Counted from the first letter of the stretch, positions 27,719 through 42,662 are shown. The stretch is DNA of 64,000 nucleotides from Octopus sinensis (GCF_006345805.1 NC_043013.1:53072001-53136000); one strand, 5' to 3'. Translations and numbers: made by a program. Notes: generated by a model not told the origin, from the sequence alone.

Positions 27719-28028
27719 ATAATGATGATCCTCATCGTAATCAACAGTATTATCACCATGATCATTATTATAATCATCGTAAGCTCGGTGAATGAGCAGA
27801 ATCGTAGGGACAACGTGAAAAACTCTTCGCGACATTTCTTTCGAAAATTAAGGTTGTAATTTCACATCTCACCGAGGAAATCTCTTTTTGGGTCGATAAA
27901 ATAAGAAGCAATAAAGTAATGGAATTAATGTCCCCTCTCGTGAACACTGCTGCCCCAGTACTGCACTTAGAAAAAATTCGACGACGACCACGACGACGAA
28001 GAAGAAGAAGAAGAAGAATAAGAAGAAA

Positions 28029-28105
<77 letters not shown>

Positions 28106-28258
28106 CCCAATTGCAGTTGGGTAGGTCATGTTCAAATACATGATGATCGCATTCTGAATTTTCTTTTGTATGGCCAATAAGTCGAGGGATACCACGGTAA
28201 AGGAAGACTATTCCTTAAGTATAATGATAAGTTGAAACAATCCCTAAAATTCCTATAG

Positions 28259-28404
28259 TTTATTTTAACATCTTGCGAAGGCTATTGCCGGGATCAATAT
28301 CCGTGGCGTAAAGTGTGCCCTGGTGCATCGAAACAATTTGAGTTGAAACGGAACAGTAAAGGAATTTTATCCTGCAATCAACAGACAAATTTGTCCATTC
28401 ATAG
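28259..28404 (+). CDS. Candidate exon (FILTSCEGYCRDQYPWRKVCPGASKQFELKRNSKGILSCNQQTNLSIH-R)
   Basis: Acceptor ttcctatag| and donor TAG|gtaacc enclose a 146-nt open frame in unique sequence. No homology recognised. Confidence 0.3.
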
Positions 28405-28577
28405 GTAACCAAAATCCTCATTATGCCCATTACGACTTTGTAGCAAAATCCATTCCTGGTCCCATATTACATTCGCGCGTTCATCGCAATTAAATGCAAA
28501 CTCTTTATTTTTTCTTTTTTCTTTTTTTTATTCAAGTCCTCTCCTTCAAACATGCATACGTCAAAATCGATGCAGCT

Positions 28578-28634
<57 letters not shown>

Positions 28635-30085
28635 TTTTTACTGTTGTCGGTGCTGTTATTGTTGTAGACAGATACTTTGTCTCTTTGCAACTTAAAGAAC
28701 AAGCTAAAGATCATTTTGGCTATTTTCCTCAACTCAATATTCGAAAAACTTTCGTTCGAGTTCTTGTGACTCTTACTACAAACGCTCACTTCTGTGTAAT
28801 TCTTTTTGCCCTGAGTCTAATGCCATGAGCTAGATTTCCAAAGCAGCACACATCATAACTTCATGTGGCGACTTTACTGAGACATAAGAATCTCTACAAC
28901 CATTTTCTTATTATCGGTTTTGGCCTCTTTCGATTATATGCTGGAATATTCATTGTATAATGCAATATAGTATAGCACCACTTCACCGAAAGAAAGAAAA
29001 TTCAATAAGACAATTTCAATCTTCTCTCTCTGTGTCTCTGTCTCTTTCAGTGTGTGTGTGTGTTTCTCTTTCTTTCTCTCTCTCTCTCTCTCCCTCCGAA
29101 TGTTTCTCTGTCTCCATCTCAATCTGTTCGCTTATGAAACACGTCATTCTATTTCCTCCTCCTTTAGTTCTTAGGAAACCTACTTTACACGGTGTCAACG
29201 TTTTATCAGAATACTCACACAAACAAAGCAATGACAGACGAAATAGAAGAGAAGGAAAGACGAAGTTACATACAAATAAGCATTTCTGATACGTAACAGC
29301 ACACACAGATGATTCTAGTATTTGCATGGCTATTGTAGGTATTAACATACGGTTTATGAGTGAGAGCCATAACCAAATATTAGAAGAATCAGAAATAATA
29401 TATACAGTATTTTCCATTAAAGACGAATTGAGTAAATAGATTTGCCCCCAACTTGGTGACCTCAGCTCTTGGCGTTCGTAGCTTTTGTTTGACCTTGTAA
29501 CATTTCCACTGGTGGTTTTAATATCACAAAAGCATATCAGTGGATTGAAACTTGATATAATTTGACAGTTGACCTAACTGCTACAGAGGCAGACGTCACT
29601 TCTGTTGGATTTCTATAGCAGCAATGCAATAATATAATGCTACAGTGAAAGCTTTTTCCTGGCATCGTAAAGTTCGTTTATTACTGATTATATTGACGTG
29701 GAAGAGTACTGACATTCTGCTCAGTAATTATGGCTTTATCAAAACTTGGACATCTTATTTATATACGATATAAATATATTCTCTTACTTGTTATTCTGTG
29801 ATGGCTAAATGATATTATGAACTCGCGGATTAAATTCTTAGCTTTTGATCTGTAAATTCGTGTTTCATAATGATAATGCTAAAAATTGACTTTTTTTTTA
29901 TTGAGATGCTACTTCATAGAGAGGTTTCCGCTGTTTCAAGAAATAGGAAAGAAAGTATCTCTTGGATAAAACACTGGTGTTTCTGAGAGAATTACCTGGA
30001 AATATAACTGGTACCAATTATTGACAAGGGAGGAAACAACGACCTTTTCTGGTTATTGTGTATAAGTGATCGTCAACCGAACGAT

Positions 30086-30244
30086 CAGGCGTGATTGCAT
30101 GGCAAGAATCTTGCTCCCCAACCACATGGTTGCAGGTTCAGAGCCACTACGTGGCCCGTTGTGTAAATGTCTTTGAATATAGCCTCGGGTCAACCAAAGG
30201 ATTAGAGTGGCTTCAGAAGACGGAAACTGAAAGAAGCCCGACGT
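30086..30244 (+). mobile_element. SINE family B 5' half, split by the Naiad insertion
   Basis: CCAACCACATGGTTGCAGGTTCAG...ACGGAAACTGAAAGAAGCCCGACGTA followed by (TA)n. Confidence 0.8.
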
Positions 30245-30289
30245 ATATATATATATATATGAGGACTCTCACACACAAAAGAATCTAAT

Positions 30290-32415
30290 ATGGATGCATA
30301 TCACATAGATTATTCTATGAAAAATATACCGATCCCATCAAAGGATTTTTACTCTAAGAAACTTCTGCAGAAAATTACTGATGTAATTAAGCGTATGAGA
30401 TGGAAGGCTTTCTTTTTTGATACAGAAGCGGACACCAAGGAAAACATTTTCTATCGAATAAAATCCAAAAAATTCCCTCCCAGGATTAAAGGCTTGGAAG
30501 ATTTCGAAGCGGACCTGCTGAAAATCATGAGCAAAATAAAATTTCGTAATTCTTTTAACGATTTCCAACATAAATTGAAAAAAGATATTAATCATATAAA
30601 AAGCTCCAAGAAAAAAGCACTTTTTTCGGATAAAACCAAGAACTTATACCTGGTAGATAACAGCAAATACACACAACTCTTACACAACAGCATCATTAAT
30701 AATTATACTAAGGCTAGGGCACAGACATATAACGAAATTAATAAAGAAGCTAGCGTCATCGCCGCTAAACTTAAATTAGATAAAAAATAGAAGCCCTCCC
30801 CCAAAAACAGGCCTTTATTACTATTAAAGATCACAAAGAAAACTTCTTTCCAACCCTAAATGTAGGCTTATCAACCCAGCCAAGTCAGAACTAGGGATTA
30901 TTAGCAAAGAAATTTTAGATAAAATAAATACGAAAATTAAGACCGACACTAGGCTAGTACAATGGTCCAATAGTATAGAAGTCGTAGACTGGTTTAAAGC
31001 TATTAAGAATAAGAAAAAAGCGAGGTTTACACAATTTGATATTGTTGATTTTTATGCCTCTATCTCTAAAGACCTGCTAGATAAAGCCCTCATCTTCGCT
31101 AGTGACTTCATAGAAATTAGTACCAATGATAAGGACATAATCTTCCATGCTAGAAAGACATTACTTTTCAGTGAGAATGCAAAGTGGGTAAAAAAACACC
31201 GACACGGAGGGCGCTTTCGATGTGAGCATGGGTTCATATGATGGGGCAGGCATCTGTGATCTAATTGGACTCTTTCTCCTAGATACCCTCGGTAAGACAT
31301 TCCCTAACGTACATTTCGCCATCTACAAAGATGATGCCCTCGCCTTAACAGCTAATACAAATGGACCAGCACAAGATCGTTTTAGGAAGGATATTATCCA
31401 GTTAATGAAACACTTCGGACTTAGTATAACTATAGACACTAACCTGACGGTTGTCAATTTCTTAGACGTTTCCTTAGATCTTAATAAGAATATTTATAAG
31501 CCTTATAGGAAGCCCAATGATAGACTAAGTTATATTAATGTAGGTTCATGCCATCCCCCTATAGTATTCAAAAATTTAGTTAAAAATATTAGCAAGAGGA
31601 TTTCTAGCCTCTCATCTAATGAGGACATCTTCAATAGCGTTGCCCCACTTTATAATAAGGCTTTAAAAGATAGTGGTTTTAGCGAAAAAATAAAATATAC
31701 ACCTATCACTAGCCCAACAGTAAGGAAAAGGAATAATAGAAATAGGAAGGTCATCTGGTTTACGCCCCCTTACTCACCCGAGGTGGCCTTCAATATAGGT
31801 AAATATTTCCTAGCACTGATAGATAGACATTTTCCAGTTAACCATACTTATAGGAAACTCTTCAATAGACACAATTTAAAAATTAGTTTTAGTTCAACTA
31901 CCAATTTTAAAAACATAATCAAACATAACATACAAAAAACAGAAGAAGAAAACAGTTGTTCATGCAGGAATAAAGAATTGTGCCCGCTAAATGGAGCTTG
32001 CATGTCCAAGACCATCATATATGAAGCTACCGTAAACTCTATAACCATTAAATACACCGTTTCGACGAAGAAATACGTGGGCCTTACAGAGGGTAATTTC
32101 AAGGCCAGGTTCAATAACCACACTTTGAGCTTTAGGCACTGGAACAAAAGAAAAGCGACACAATTATCCAATCATATTTGGTCTTTAAGAGATAAAGGTG
32201 TTGATTATAACATAGAATGGAAGATTTTGGCCGGATGTAAGCCCTATACTAACGGCAGCGGAAGGTGCGGTCTATGCGACATGGAGAGATGGCTTATCTG
32301 GAAAAGCAGCTTAGACCCTACTACATGTCTAAATACAAGGACAGAGCTTTTCGGATCATGCCCACATGTGACTAAATTTCTGTTACGTTTTTGGTCCCCT
32401 AAAGAAAACGGATAG
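30290..32415 (+). pseudogene. Naiad RT + GIY-YIG ORF with three 1-nt frameshifts (~708 aa if repaired)
   Basis: [28 protein letters not shown]; RT motifs FTQFDIVDFYASI, MGSYDGA, IYKDDALA; endonuclease IIYEATV...KYVGLTEGNFKARFNNH; Cys/His motifs CSC..CPLNGAC, CGLC, CPH. Frameshifts at ~30785, ~30849 and ~31195. Confidence 0.9.
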
Positions 32416-32607
32416 AACATGCTTTCTGTGTTATGTCCCAAGAAGAATTTATATATTTTTATATATTTTTATATATTTTTATGTATTTTTATATAATTTT
32501 TATGACGAAAAATGCGAGCGATGTATAAGTACGCAGGCAAGCAGAGTTATAACAGAGTAATTTTCCTTCATTTTAACGGTATTTTTTCATAACGTTTTCA
32601 AATAGCC

Positions 32608-32670
32608 AGATAACCGAAGAGATGGTGTTGTGGATTTCCACTTCGGCATCTGAAACTCAGAGTTTTATCT
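32608..32670 (+). ncRNA. Type I hammerhead ribozyme at the Naiad 3' end, extended stem II, U4C core variant
   Basis: AGATAA-CCGAAGA-GATG(..GTGG-ATTT-CCAC..)CATC-T-GAAA-CTCAGAG-TT-TTATCT: stem I AGATAA/TTATCT, self-complementary AAACTC-A-GAGTTT. Confidence 0.75.
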
Positions 32671-32692
32671 TGACTACCGAGTAATGTAAAAT

Positions 32693-32765
<73 letters not shown>

Positions 32766-32818
32766 GATGTGTGTATATATATATACATATATATGTATGT
32801 ATATATATATAATATATA

Positions 32819-32876
<58 letters not shown>

Positions 32877-32899
32877 CCTGTGTATGTGTGTGTATGTGT

Positions 32900-33095
32900 A
32901 CGATTTTGTGTGTCTGTGTTTTCCCCACGAGCCCGTTTTAAAACCAGTGTTGGTGTGTTTACATACCTGCAACCTAGCTGTTGGGCAAAAGGAAACGAGG
33001 GAGTTCATATGAAGCATAGCAAAATAAGTGCTGTTCTCGATTCGTTCGACTAGAACCGTTCCAGGTAATGCCTGAAACAAGTATAAGTTAAAAGA
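32900..33095 (+). mobile_element. SINE family B 3' half, partner of 30086-30244
   Basis: TTTGTGTGTCTGTGTT...CCAGTGTTGGTGTGTTTAC...GGCAAAAG...CTGAAACAAGTA. Confidence 0.7.
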
Positions 33096-33454
33096 TATAA
33101 CAACAAAAATGTCAAAATAAACAATATACTACATTATACACAAACAAATGACGGGGCCTCTATGTGCACATTCAACCTGCTAGAAATAGCAACTAAATCT
33201 CACGTCTTAAAAAGAAACAATACTCTGCAGAGAATAGTAAAATGTGAGTGTGTATAAGACGGTTTGGTCTCGGCTGGAACATTTCGATTACAAGTGTGTT
33301 CAATTAGGTTTTACCGGCAGCACCATTGAGAGCATTTTGTAAATTCATGTTAGGAAACATGTATTCATGCAGAATCGGCTGACTATGTCACTGTTTCATG
33401 TTATAATAACAGTCTGTTTAAGCGATATTAATACAGTTATATAAAGTCATATAC

Positions 33455-34815
33455 ACAGGTACGAAGCATTTCGTCCAGCGTGCTAATGATTCTGCCAGCT
33501 CACCACCTTAATAATAATAATGATATTCCTTTCTATTCTAGACACAAAGCCTGAAATTTGGGGGAGGGCGTTTGTCGATAATATTGACCCCAATGTTTCA
33601 TCGGTAATTAATTTATTGAAACGAAACGAGGAAAGGCCTAGTTGACCTCGGCAGCATTAGAACTCAGAACGTAGTGACGGGCGAATTACCGCTAAGCATT
33701 CTTTTCTACTCTAGGCACAAGGCCCGAAGTTTTGGGGGAAGAAGCCAGTGGATTAGATCGACCCCAGTACGCAACTGGTACTTAATTTATCGATAGGCAA
33801 AGTCGACCTCGGCAGGAGGTGAAAGGCAAACTCGACCTAAGCAGAATTTGAACTTGCAACGTAAAGAAACGAAATACCTATTTCTTTATTACCCACAAGG
33901 GGCTAAACATAGAGGGGACAAACAAGGACAGACATAGGTATTAAGTCGATTACATCGACCCCAGTGCGTAACTGGTACATAATTTATTGACCCCGAAAGG
34001 ATGAAAGGCAAAGTCGACCTCGGCGGAATTTGAACTCAGAACGTAGCGGCAGACGAAATACCGCGAAGTATTTCGTCTAGCGTGCAACCGATTCCGACAT
34101 CTCGCCGCCTTCCGCTTCGAGACGTAATGATGAACGTTTTATTTGAACTTCTGAGCTATAAACTATTCGCCCGCTTTCCCATCCACTCTGCCATTTCCCT
34201 CCCCACCCCACACAGATATGGACTTAAAGCAGCATCAATCTATACAGAGCTTGCTACACTATTGCCGCACGTCAAGCAAATACGTACGTTTCTTTATAAT
34301 ACGTTTCTTTATAACAGTTGTGTTTTTGCAACATGATATAATCTTACGCAACTTGTTTTCAAGCCATGTCACGAATTTGGGATTAATTTCAAAGTTTGGC
34401 TCAAGGCCAGCAATTTAGGGGCATGAAGTCGATTATATTGATTTCAGTGTTTAACTGGTACTTATTTTATAGACTTGTTAGGATGAAAGGCAAAGTCGAC
34501 CTCGGCCGAATTTGAACCCAGAACGTGAAGACGGATGAAATGTCGCTAAGCATTTTTGCAGAGCACGGTAACGTTTCTTGTTTCTTTATTACCCACAAGG
34601 GGCTACACTCATAGGAGGCACACAAGGACAGAAAAACGGATTAAGTCGATTATATCGATCCCAGTGCCTAACTGGTACGTATTTAATCGACCCCGAAAGG
34701 ATGAAAGGCAAAGTCGACCTCGGCGGAATTTGAACTCAGAACGTAGCGGCAGACGAAATACCGCTAAGCAGTTTTGCCGGGCGCGGTAATGTTTCAGCCA
34801 ACTCGCCGCCTTCGT
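33455..34815 (-). mobile_element. Head-to-tail cluster of about 6 SINE family A monomers/dimers
   Basis: Repeated GAAAGGATGAAAGGCAAAGTCGACCTCGGC core at ~33640, 33800, 33830, 34000, 34490 and 34700. Confidence 0.85.
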
Positions 34816-35741
34816 AACGAATATAATACTAAATGAAGCCATAGTTGAATTCTGTAGAGAGAAGACCTACGAATTGTATGATTATACAGTTGCTTGTTTG
34901 TTACAGTCAATAAAGCAGTGTACCCGAGCTACGTTAGGGCCACGTCCTGGTAGGTATTTCTCTTTTCAAGCGCCGTATCGCAGAAATACATCGATAATAA
35001 GGGTGATTTAAGGAAAAGTTTAGATTTAGAGTTTAGATATTTCTAAAAATATGTCTTACGTGTCACATAGGAACGGGCTCCAATTGTTTGATGTGAAAAT
35101 CTTATTGCAAGACATCATGACGACTTAACGAATTGAAGATTACGAGAACTTCTCATTAAAGATATTTTATATAACTGACCGGATAATAAGAGACAGAAAG
35201 AAACAGGTTGATAGAGAGAAAGACATACAGAAAGAAACAGGTAGATAGAAAGACAGACATACAGAGAGAAAGAGAGATTAAAAAAAATAAGAGAAAAGAG
35301 ACAGAGTGAGGTTAATAAAAGCTACATTTTCGTGTGCAGCCCAACACACTCACGATGAAAGATCACCAAATCAGCGAAATATTTACAAATTTATCCCCGC
35401 AGCCATCATTGTGCTTGCTTGTTTCACTACTTTCCTTTTCAAACGTAACAGGAGATATTCTATAGTTCTGTGATCAAATGTTGATGTTTCAGAAGTCCAT
35501 ATGCTTCAGCAGATAGAGGACACTGAAAACAGGCTGACTTGAAATATATATCGATTAACTTCGGGTTCGGGACTCTATTAAATTGATTAAACTCTCGTGA
35601 AGCAAGACTTTTTGTTATTTCGTTATTCATAAGAATCCTGTTACCACACATCATAGAGTTTTCATCAAGATTTGACAGAAGTTTCAAAACTAAATCGCTT
35701 ATATTTTGTGTGCGATTTGTGTGGGTGGGTGTATATGTATG

Positions 35742-35832
<91 letters not shown>

Positions 35833-36195
35833 TATACACACATACACATATATACATACATAAAAATATATATACATACATAATAGATATATTTATTAAG
35901 TATATATATATACAAATATATATATGCGTATTATGTACATACAGATGCATTCTCATAGATATATATGTAAGAGTACATATATAAATGCACACACACACAT
36001 ATATAAAAGGAATGTGCGCATACATATTTATACATATAGAGAGTTTTACATTATATATATGTTTGTATATATGCATATATATGTATATATGTATCTGTGA
36101 AGATGTATATATATATGTATATTTATAAGTATATGTATGTATGTGTATATATATGTATATATATAAATAGTTAGATACATATGTACATATACAGG

Positions 36196-36239
<44 letters not shown>

Positions 36240-36388
36240 TAGAGAGATAGAGAGATGGATAAATAGATAAATACAAACATACACACATACATACATGCGT
36301 AGAAAGAAAGAAAGATTGGTATCGAAAGAAAAGAAAGGAATATAAGTATAAAGAATATAAGTATAAAGAAAGACTAGCATCTTAGACG

Positions 36389-36429
<41 letters not shown>

Positions 36430-36867
36430 ACACACATATGCACGCACACACGCTGAAATACACACACTTGCATAAGAGCGGAGACATAGTTTGTCATATT
36501 AAGAATAATGGCGATCTACGGCTGTGTTATGGTGGACGTGTCTAGACTTAGTTTGCGATGGAATATAAGTGTGGCTTTCTGTTGAATTGGCGTAATCATC
36601 ATGGGAACTGAAAATGTAATAGGAAATGGTAATAATTATCGAGATGTCATGGCAGGCACGGGATATGGTGTTGCTTCAATGATTGCGTTTAGCGTTTTTG
36701 ATTATCGAATGTTGGACTTTGAACGACGGGTAAAGCCAGCCGTCGTTTCATTACTGTCAAACCTTTCCAACCTTCTCTTGTCTAGAAAATAAATTATTTC
36801 GGGGGGAGAGTCGCCAATGATAGATGTCATATTGCTTCAAATTGGCTTATATCGTCATAATTCTCTT

Positions 36868-36932
<65 letters not shown>

Positions 36933-36988
36933 TATATATGCATATATTTATATATATTTGTATGTATCTATGTATGTATGTATATATG

Positions 36989-37020
<32 letters not shown>

Positions 37021-37038
37021 TGTATATATGTATATATA

Positions 37039-37122
<84 letters not shown>

Positions 37123-37346
37123 CGACACAAACAAACAGATGTTTTAGTTTAACGCTCGGGAAGGTGAGAAAGTATTTTACGTTGCGACCCTACGTTCTTT
37201 AACAGAAAGAAACACGATGAAATAAACAGAAAGAGAATTTTAAAAATATTTTTGGAGCTAGGGGTCAATCATGGCGGCTATATATATATATATCGATATA
37301 TACATATATATATGCATGTTTGTGTGTGAGTGTGTGTGTGTGTGTC

Positions 37347-37383
<37 letters not shown>

Positions 37384-38181
37384 TTTTTGTATCGTTTTTA
37401 TTTGTTTCAATCAGTAGATTGCGGCCAATAATTGGCACTATATCAACTATCTTCATTTTTCATATCCGCGATATTTAATTCCTCCGTAGTCGACTTTCCC
37501 ATCCATCTCTTCGGGAACGATGAAGAAAGTATCAATCAAGTGCTGGGCTCTATGTAATCGATTATCCCTTCCCCAAAATTGCAGGCCTTGTGCCTATAGC
37601 AGAAAAGATTAATATTATCATAATCATTATCATCATGATCTCCAGCCCCACAGCTTCGACTACCGCCATAATCATCACCAGTATTCTTATACCCGATATC
37701 TTCATTATTTTCTTCATCACCTTTTCTTATTGTCACAATTATTATTAACACTATTTACACTTTAATTTTCATCATTAAAATATTTTTCCCTCTGTTACAA
37801 GTAACATTAACGTTATATAATTTTCTCTAATTCTTGCTAATTCTTTTTTCGTTTTTACTTTATTTAAATATCTTAATATTCTATTTTTGAATCTAAAAAA
37901 ATTATTTATTTTTAACAGTCATATTGAAATTTTATTTGCCATACTCTCCTCGTTATTTCCAATACTCATAATGAATCGAAGAATAATTTCTTTGCCATCT
38001 TTTATTAGATAAAATGTTCTCATTTATAGCTTTCACATTTTGGTTAATAATATAATATTTCTCCACTCTCTTTCTTATATTTTGTTTGCATTTTATTATT
38101 TTTCACCTATTTCTTTCATTTTAGTGTTTCTCTGTTTCGTTCATCTGTTAGCAAAACTTTTACCCTCTAGTCGTATATACG

Positions 38182-38232
<51 letters not shown>

Positions 38233-38276
38233 TATATATATATATATATATAATATATATATATATATGTATATGG

Positions 38277-38308
<32 letters not shown>

Positions 38309-38539
38309 TATATATATGCATATACATATATATATATATATTATATATAATATATATATATAATATATATGCATATACATATATATATTACCTTCTTTTT
38401 ATGATACTAATGTATACACACAGTTAGAAAGCTAGATGTTGTGGAATAATTGAGCAACTGTCTCAGGCTCTCTACAGCGTCTTGTCTTCCTACGGCACGC
38501 AACTGCATAAAACAGTTGTTTCATTGCGTACACCGATAG

Positions 38540-39095
<556 letters not shown>

Positions 39096-40639
39096 ATATC
39101 CGACCAGAAATCAGTCCAATATTGTCGCAGACGTGGGTGCTGATTTCCTGACACCGACAAAATTTTCATTCCAGGAAGATAAACATTTTGTCCGAACGAA
39201 TTGCTTATCCGCCTTTCTGCAATTGTGTATTCATCCTTTCAATTCGCTCCTTTTTTGTGTGTATATCTCTATATCTCTCCATATCTCTGCCTGTCTCTCT
39301 CTGTCTCCCTCTCCCTCCTTCTCACCCTGTCTATCTACCTATCTACCTACCCACGTATATATGGAAATATATATTTGTGTATATATGTATGTACGTACGT
39401 AAGTAATGTATGTATGTATGTATAAAATTTGTGTACGAGTCTATGTGTGGTTGTCTGTGTAATTCTGTTTTATTGAATTCACGACCTAATATTCTATAAA
39501 TTTCCTTTCGTTTGTTGCCGACTACAAGACTACAAGACCTGAAGTAATCTTAATTTATTATTTTGACTGAAGGGAAAAACGACAAACCTAATTCCCAACA
39601 TTTTTATCCGAGATCGTGACCTGTTTTCAATTATCGGCCAAAGTCGACTGTACTTACTTCTTTCATAGAACTAATGGCCCCGGGGTGAGGCATAAACATC
39701 ACGCACCCTCATCTCATTCCCACTACCATCTCAAGTATTTCTCTTCTCGTGATTAGGCGATAAATCAATTATCATGACCGGTACATTACAGAAGCTGGCT
39801 TCAAAAGAACGAGGACATCAAAAGAAATTTTCAGTGCATTCTTTCAGATATTACGCGATATCTCACAGCGGAACAATAATGTCTCTGACGAAGTGAAGAT
39901 ATTTATTATAACACTTCTAAGTTTCCTCCTTTCGCCATGTTATCTCTCATCAGTTTTGAAAGTTTTATTATCTCCAATTGCGTTAACGTAATCATCGTTG
40001 TTCGCTATCTGCAACTTCATCTCACGTTGGTGTCTTTTCCTTATGAAGATAAATCTAACTTGTCGACACCAGAGTTTATACAAGTTATTGTAGGAATGTT
40101 ATTTTTATCAACGCTTGATCGTTGACAAAGAGATTACTGTCGACATACACATAGTTTATATACATCGTTAATCAAGCTACACGCTGATTAACTTGTCTTA
40201 CCTTTTACTATTTTCTCGTCTGTGATTACATGGGAATATCATTTTCTTTTTCGTCTTATCTCAGTTCTTACTCCTCACCACCAACTCATAGTCTTTATTC
40301 AAGGATTCGATTCTCTGTTAAAAAAATTTTCCTGTATTCTCACCTAGGTAACTTCCGAAGCTTTCATTAACCATTTCACAGCAATATTTCGACACTTGCC
40401 GCCATAGTGAGATTATTTCTGTTAATGATTCCTACTCGCATGCAACGACTGCAGCGTCACTTCTGTAACTCACAGCTTCTTAACATCAACACACGTAAAC
40501 AAACACATTTTAAAGTTATCTACGACATGCACAGTTCTGTACAGCAACACTGATAGCATATCCCATGTATGTATGTATGTATGTATGTATGTATGTATGT
40601 ATGTATGTATGTATTATGTATGTATGTATGTAATGTATG

Positions 40640-40670
<31 letters not shown>

Positions 40671-40680
40671 TGTATGTATG

Positions 40681-40711
<31 letters not shown>

Positions 40712-40994
40712 TGTATGTATGTATGTATGTATGTATGTATGTATGTATGTATTTCTACAACTCACCGATTACGTATTCAGATCCTGTATTTCTTCATGTA
40801 ATTGAAAAATATCCTGTAATTATATTGCAAACTTTGGCAGTTTTTTGCCGGAAAATAAGCATATCTTATCAAGGTGCAGAAATGGTGTAATCCCAATGAA
40901 CAGGAACAGTAATACGAAGGTAGAAGAATTCTGTGAATTAGGTACTCCAAAGTCACTCAGAGGGCCAGGGTCTGTATAAGCGTGCAGTATATAG

Positions 40995-41155
40995 TGTGAG
41001 TCGTTGGCGATTTTCTTCCTCCGTCTTCCTTTCCTTTGGACTTCCCTCTATTTCTGATGAAGAGCTTGGCTCAAAACGTTAAATTCTCTTTCCTTCCTTT
41101 CCTGAGCGTTTGATAATACAGTACTTCTTGTTTTTTCTTGTTTGTTCTTCTTTGT
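40995..41155 (+). mobile_element. HHR-bearing element family H1 (HHR at 41050-41084 carries G12A)
   Basis: ATTT-CTGATGA-A-GAGC-TTG-GCTC-AAAA-CG-TT-AAAT, followed by CCTGAGCGT. Confidence 0.7.
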
Positions 41156-41819
41156 TTGGATTCACAATATACCTCTTTGACGCTACCATTCGAGAAAGCG
41201 AGACTACAGCTACCCTACTTTGACTCAGAGTACAACCCGTGTTCACTTAGGAGTTCAAATCAACTAACTCAACGAGTATCACACCCTCCAATGTGCGAAT
41301 TATTCTATTTTTCGCTAGACAGTTTTAATTATACATTACACATATTCTTTCGGTTATATTTTACATCATATTTTTGTCATTATATTTCGTACTACAAATG
41401 GTAGAACTGTAGCAATATCAGACCAAATAATTTATATTATTTAATTATTAAGTTACATGAAATATATTTTATGGTTAATTCTTTTTTATCATTATTAATA
41501 ACTTTATAACTGGAAGAATATTAAATATACGAAGAAAAGCAATTTGTAGTTCTTCATGTGCAAATACATTCTAAATTACATAAAATACGTATTTATATTG
41601 TATTTACAGTGTTATTATTCATATTATTGTGAATAGCAAAATAGAAACTATGCTCGGCCAAACAATGCACTAAATAATCAAACTTATTTTAATGAGATAG
41701 TGCGTAGCAGCAGCGGTCGTAGTAGCAGCTGCGCCGTGGATTCAGAGCACAACTTCTTTCAGATTGCAAAGCGAACTTCATCAACATTTGACCATATTCC
41801 ATCCGAAATTTTTATCTTT

Positions 41820-41925
41820 CATCTTTTACTTGTTCCATTCATTAGCCTTTTGCCATGCTGGGGCACCACCTTGAGGATTTTTGGCGAATGAATCGATCCT
41901 AGTACTTTATTTTTTTAAAGCCTGA
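41820..41925 (-). mobile_element. SINE family B 3' half, probable partner of 43092-43212
   Basis: GCCATGCTGGGGCACCACCTTGA...ATCGATCC.AGTACTT. Confidence 0.6.
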
Positions 41926-42074
41926 TATTTATACATAGGTACACACACACACACAGATACCAACATACACACACATATTAATAACAAAAACTTTAGAATG
42001 GAAATCCATTAGCAGCTTTTCATGAGCTCACTCAAAAACGTTTCCCATAAATTAACTTGAAGGAGATATATATA

Positions 42075-42662
42075 TAATATATAATGAAATTATTGTATAC
42101 AGTGTTCAGGTGCACCACAACTTGTCAGAAAGTGCATATAAAGTACATGCAGTAGTGTAGAAATGTCTGGAAAGTGAACATGCTTGTGCGTGTATCAAGT
42201 GTAGTGTTGGCGAATCTCAGGAAGCATGGAAGTTTTGAAGGATGCAGTGCTCCGACAACTAACAACCGATGCCGGCAGTTTGTTCCACGCTTCAGCAACT
42301 CTCAGCGTGAAAAAATGTTTCCTGAAGTCATGGAAGCTGTGCTGTTTTCTTACTTTGTAAATATGTCCACGGGTGTTAGATGGGTGGAGTTTGAAGAGGT
42401 GCTCAGAGTTATTGTTTGTGCGATGGTTGATAATTTTATGGGTGTCTGCCAAGTCAGCTGCCAGACGTCGGAGTTTCAATGTGTCCATGCCCAGGGAAGT
42501 AAGGCGTTCAGGATATGGCAAATGCCTGATGGAGGGTATTCTTTTGGTTGCACGTCGCTGAACAGCTTCCAGACGATTGATGTCCTGGGCAAGATAGGGG
42601 TTCCAGACCGGTGATGCAAATTCCAGGTGAGGTCTTACCATAGCTATATAAAGCCGCAGATA
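42075..42662 (-). mobile_element. CR1/L2-type LINE 3' fragment with 3'UTR
   Basis: LYIAMVRPHLEFASPVWNPYL..DINRLEAVQRRATKRIP..RHLPYPERL..LG...L..RRL..DL...FF..RV...WNKLP. Confidence 0.9.

Larger units (their letters stand above)
30261..32696 (+). mobile_element. Near full-length Penelope-like element, Naiad clade
   Basis: N-terminus YSMKNIPIPS...KRMRWKAFF, then RT, then GIY-YIG, then a terminal HHR. Bounded by (TA)n on both sides. Confidence 0.9.

Noticed and set aside
30290-32460. Selenoprotein-type Naiad (in-frame UGA + SECIS)
   Set aside because: The repaired ORF has no TGA codons, the Zn-finger cysteines are TGT/TGC, and no SECIS-like AUGA..AA..GA hairpin follows the stop. The second Naiad also lacks TGA at its Cys positions.
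36721-36750. 8-bp perfect hairpin AACGACGG/CCGTCGTT as a SECIS or other RNA
   Set aside because: It lacks the GA quartet on the 3' side, is isolated, and can arise by chance.
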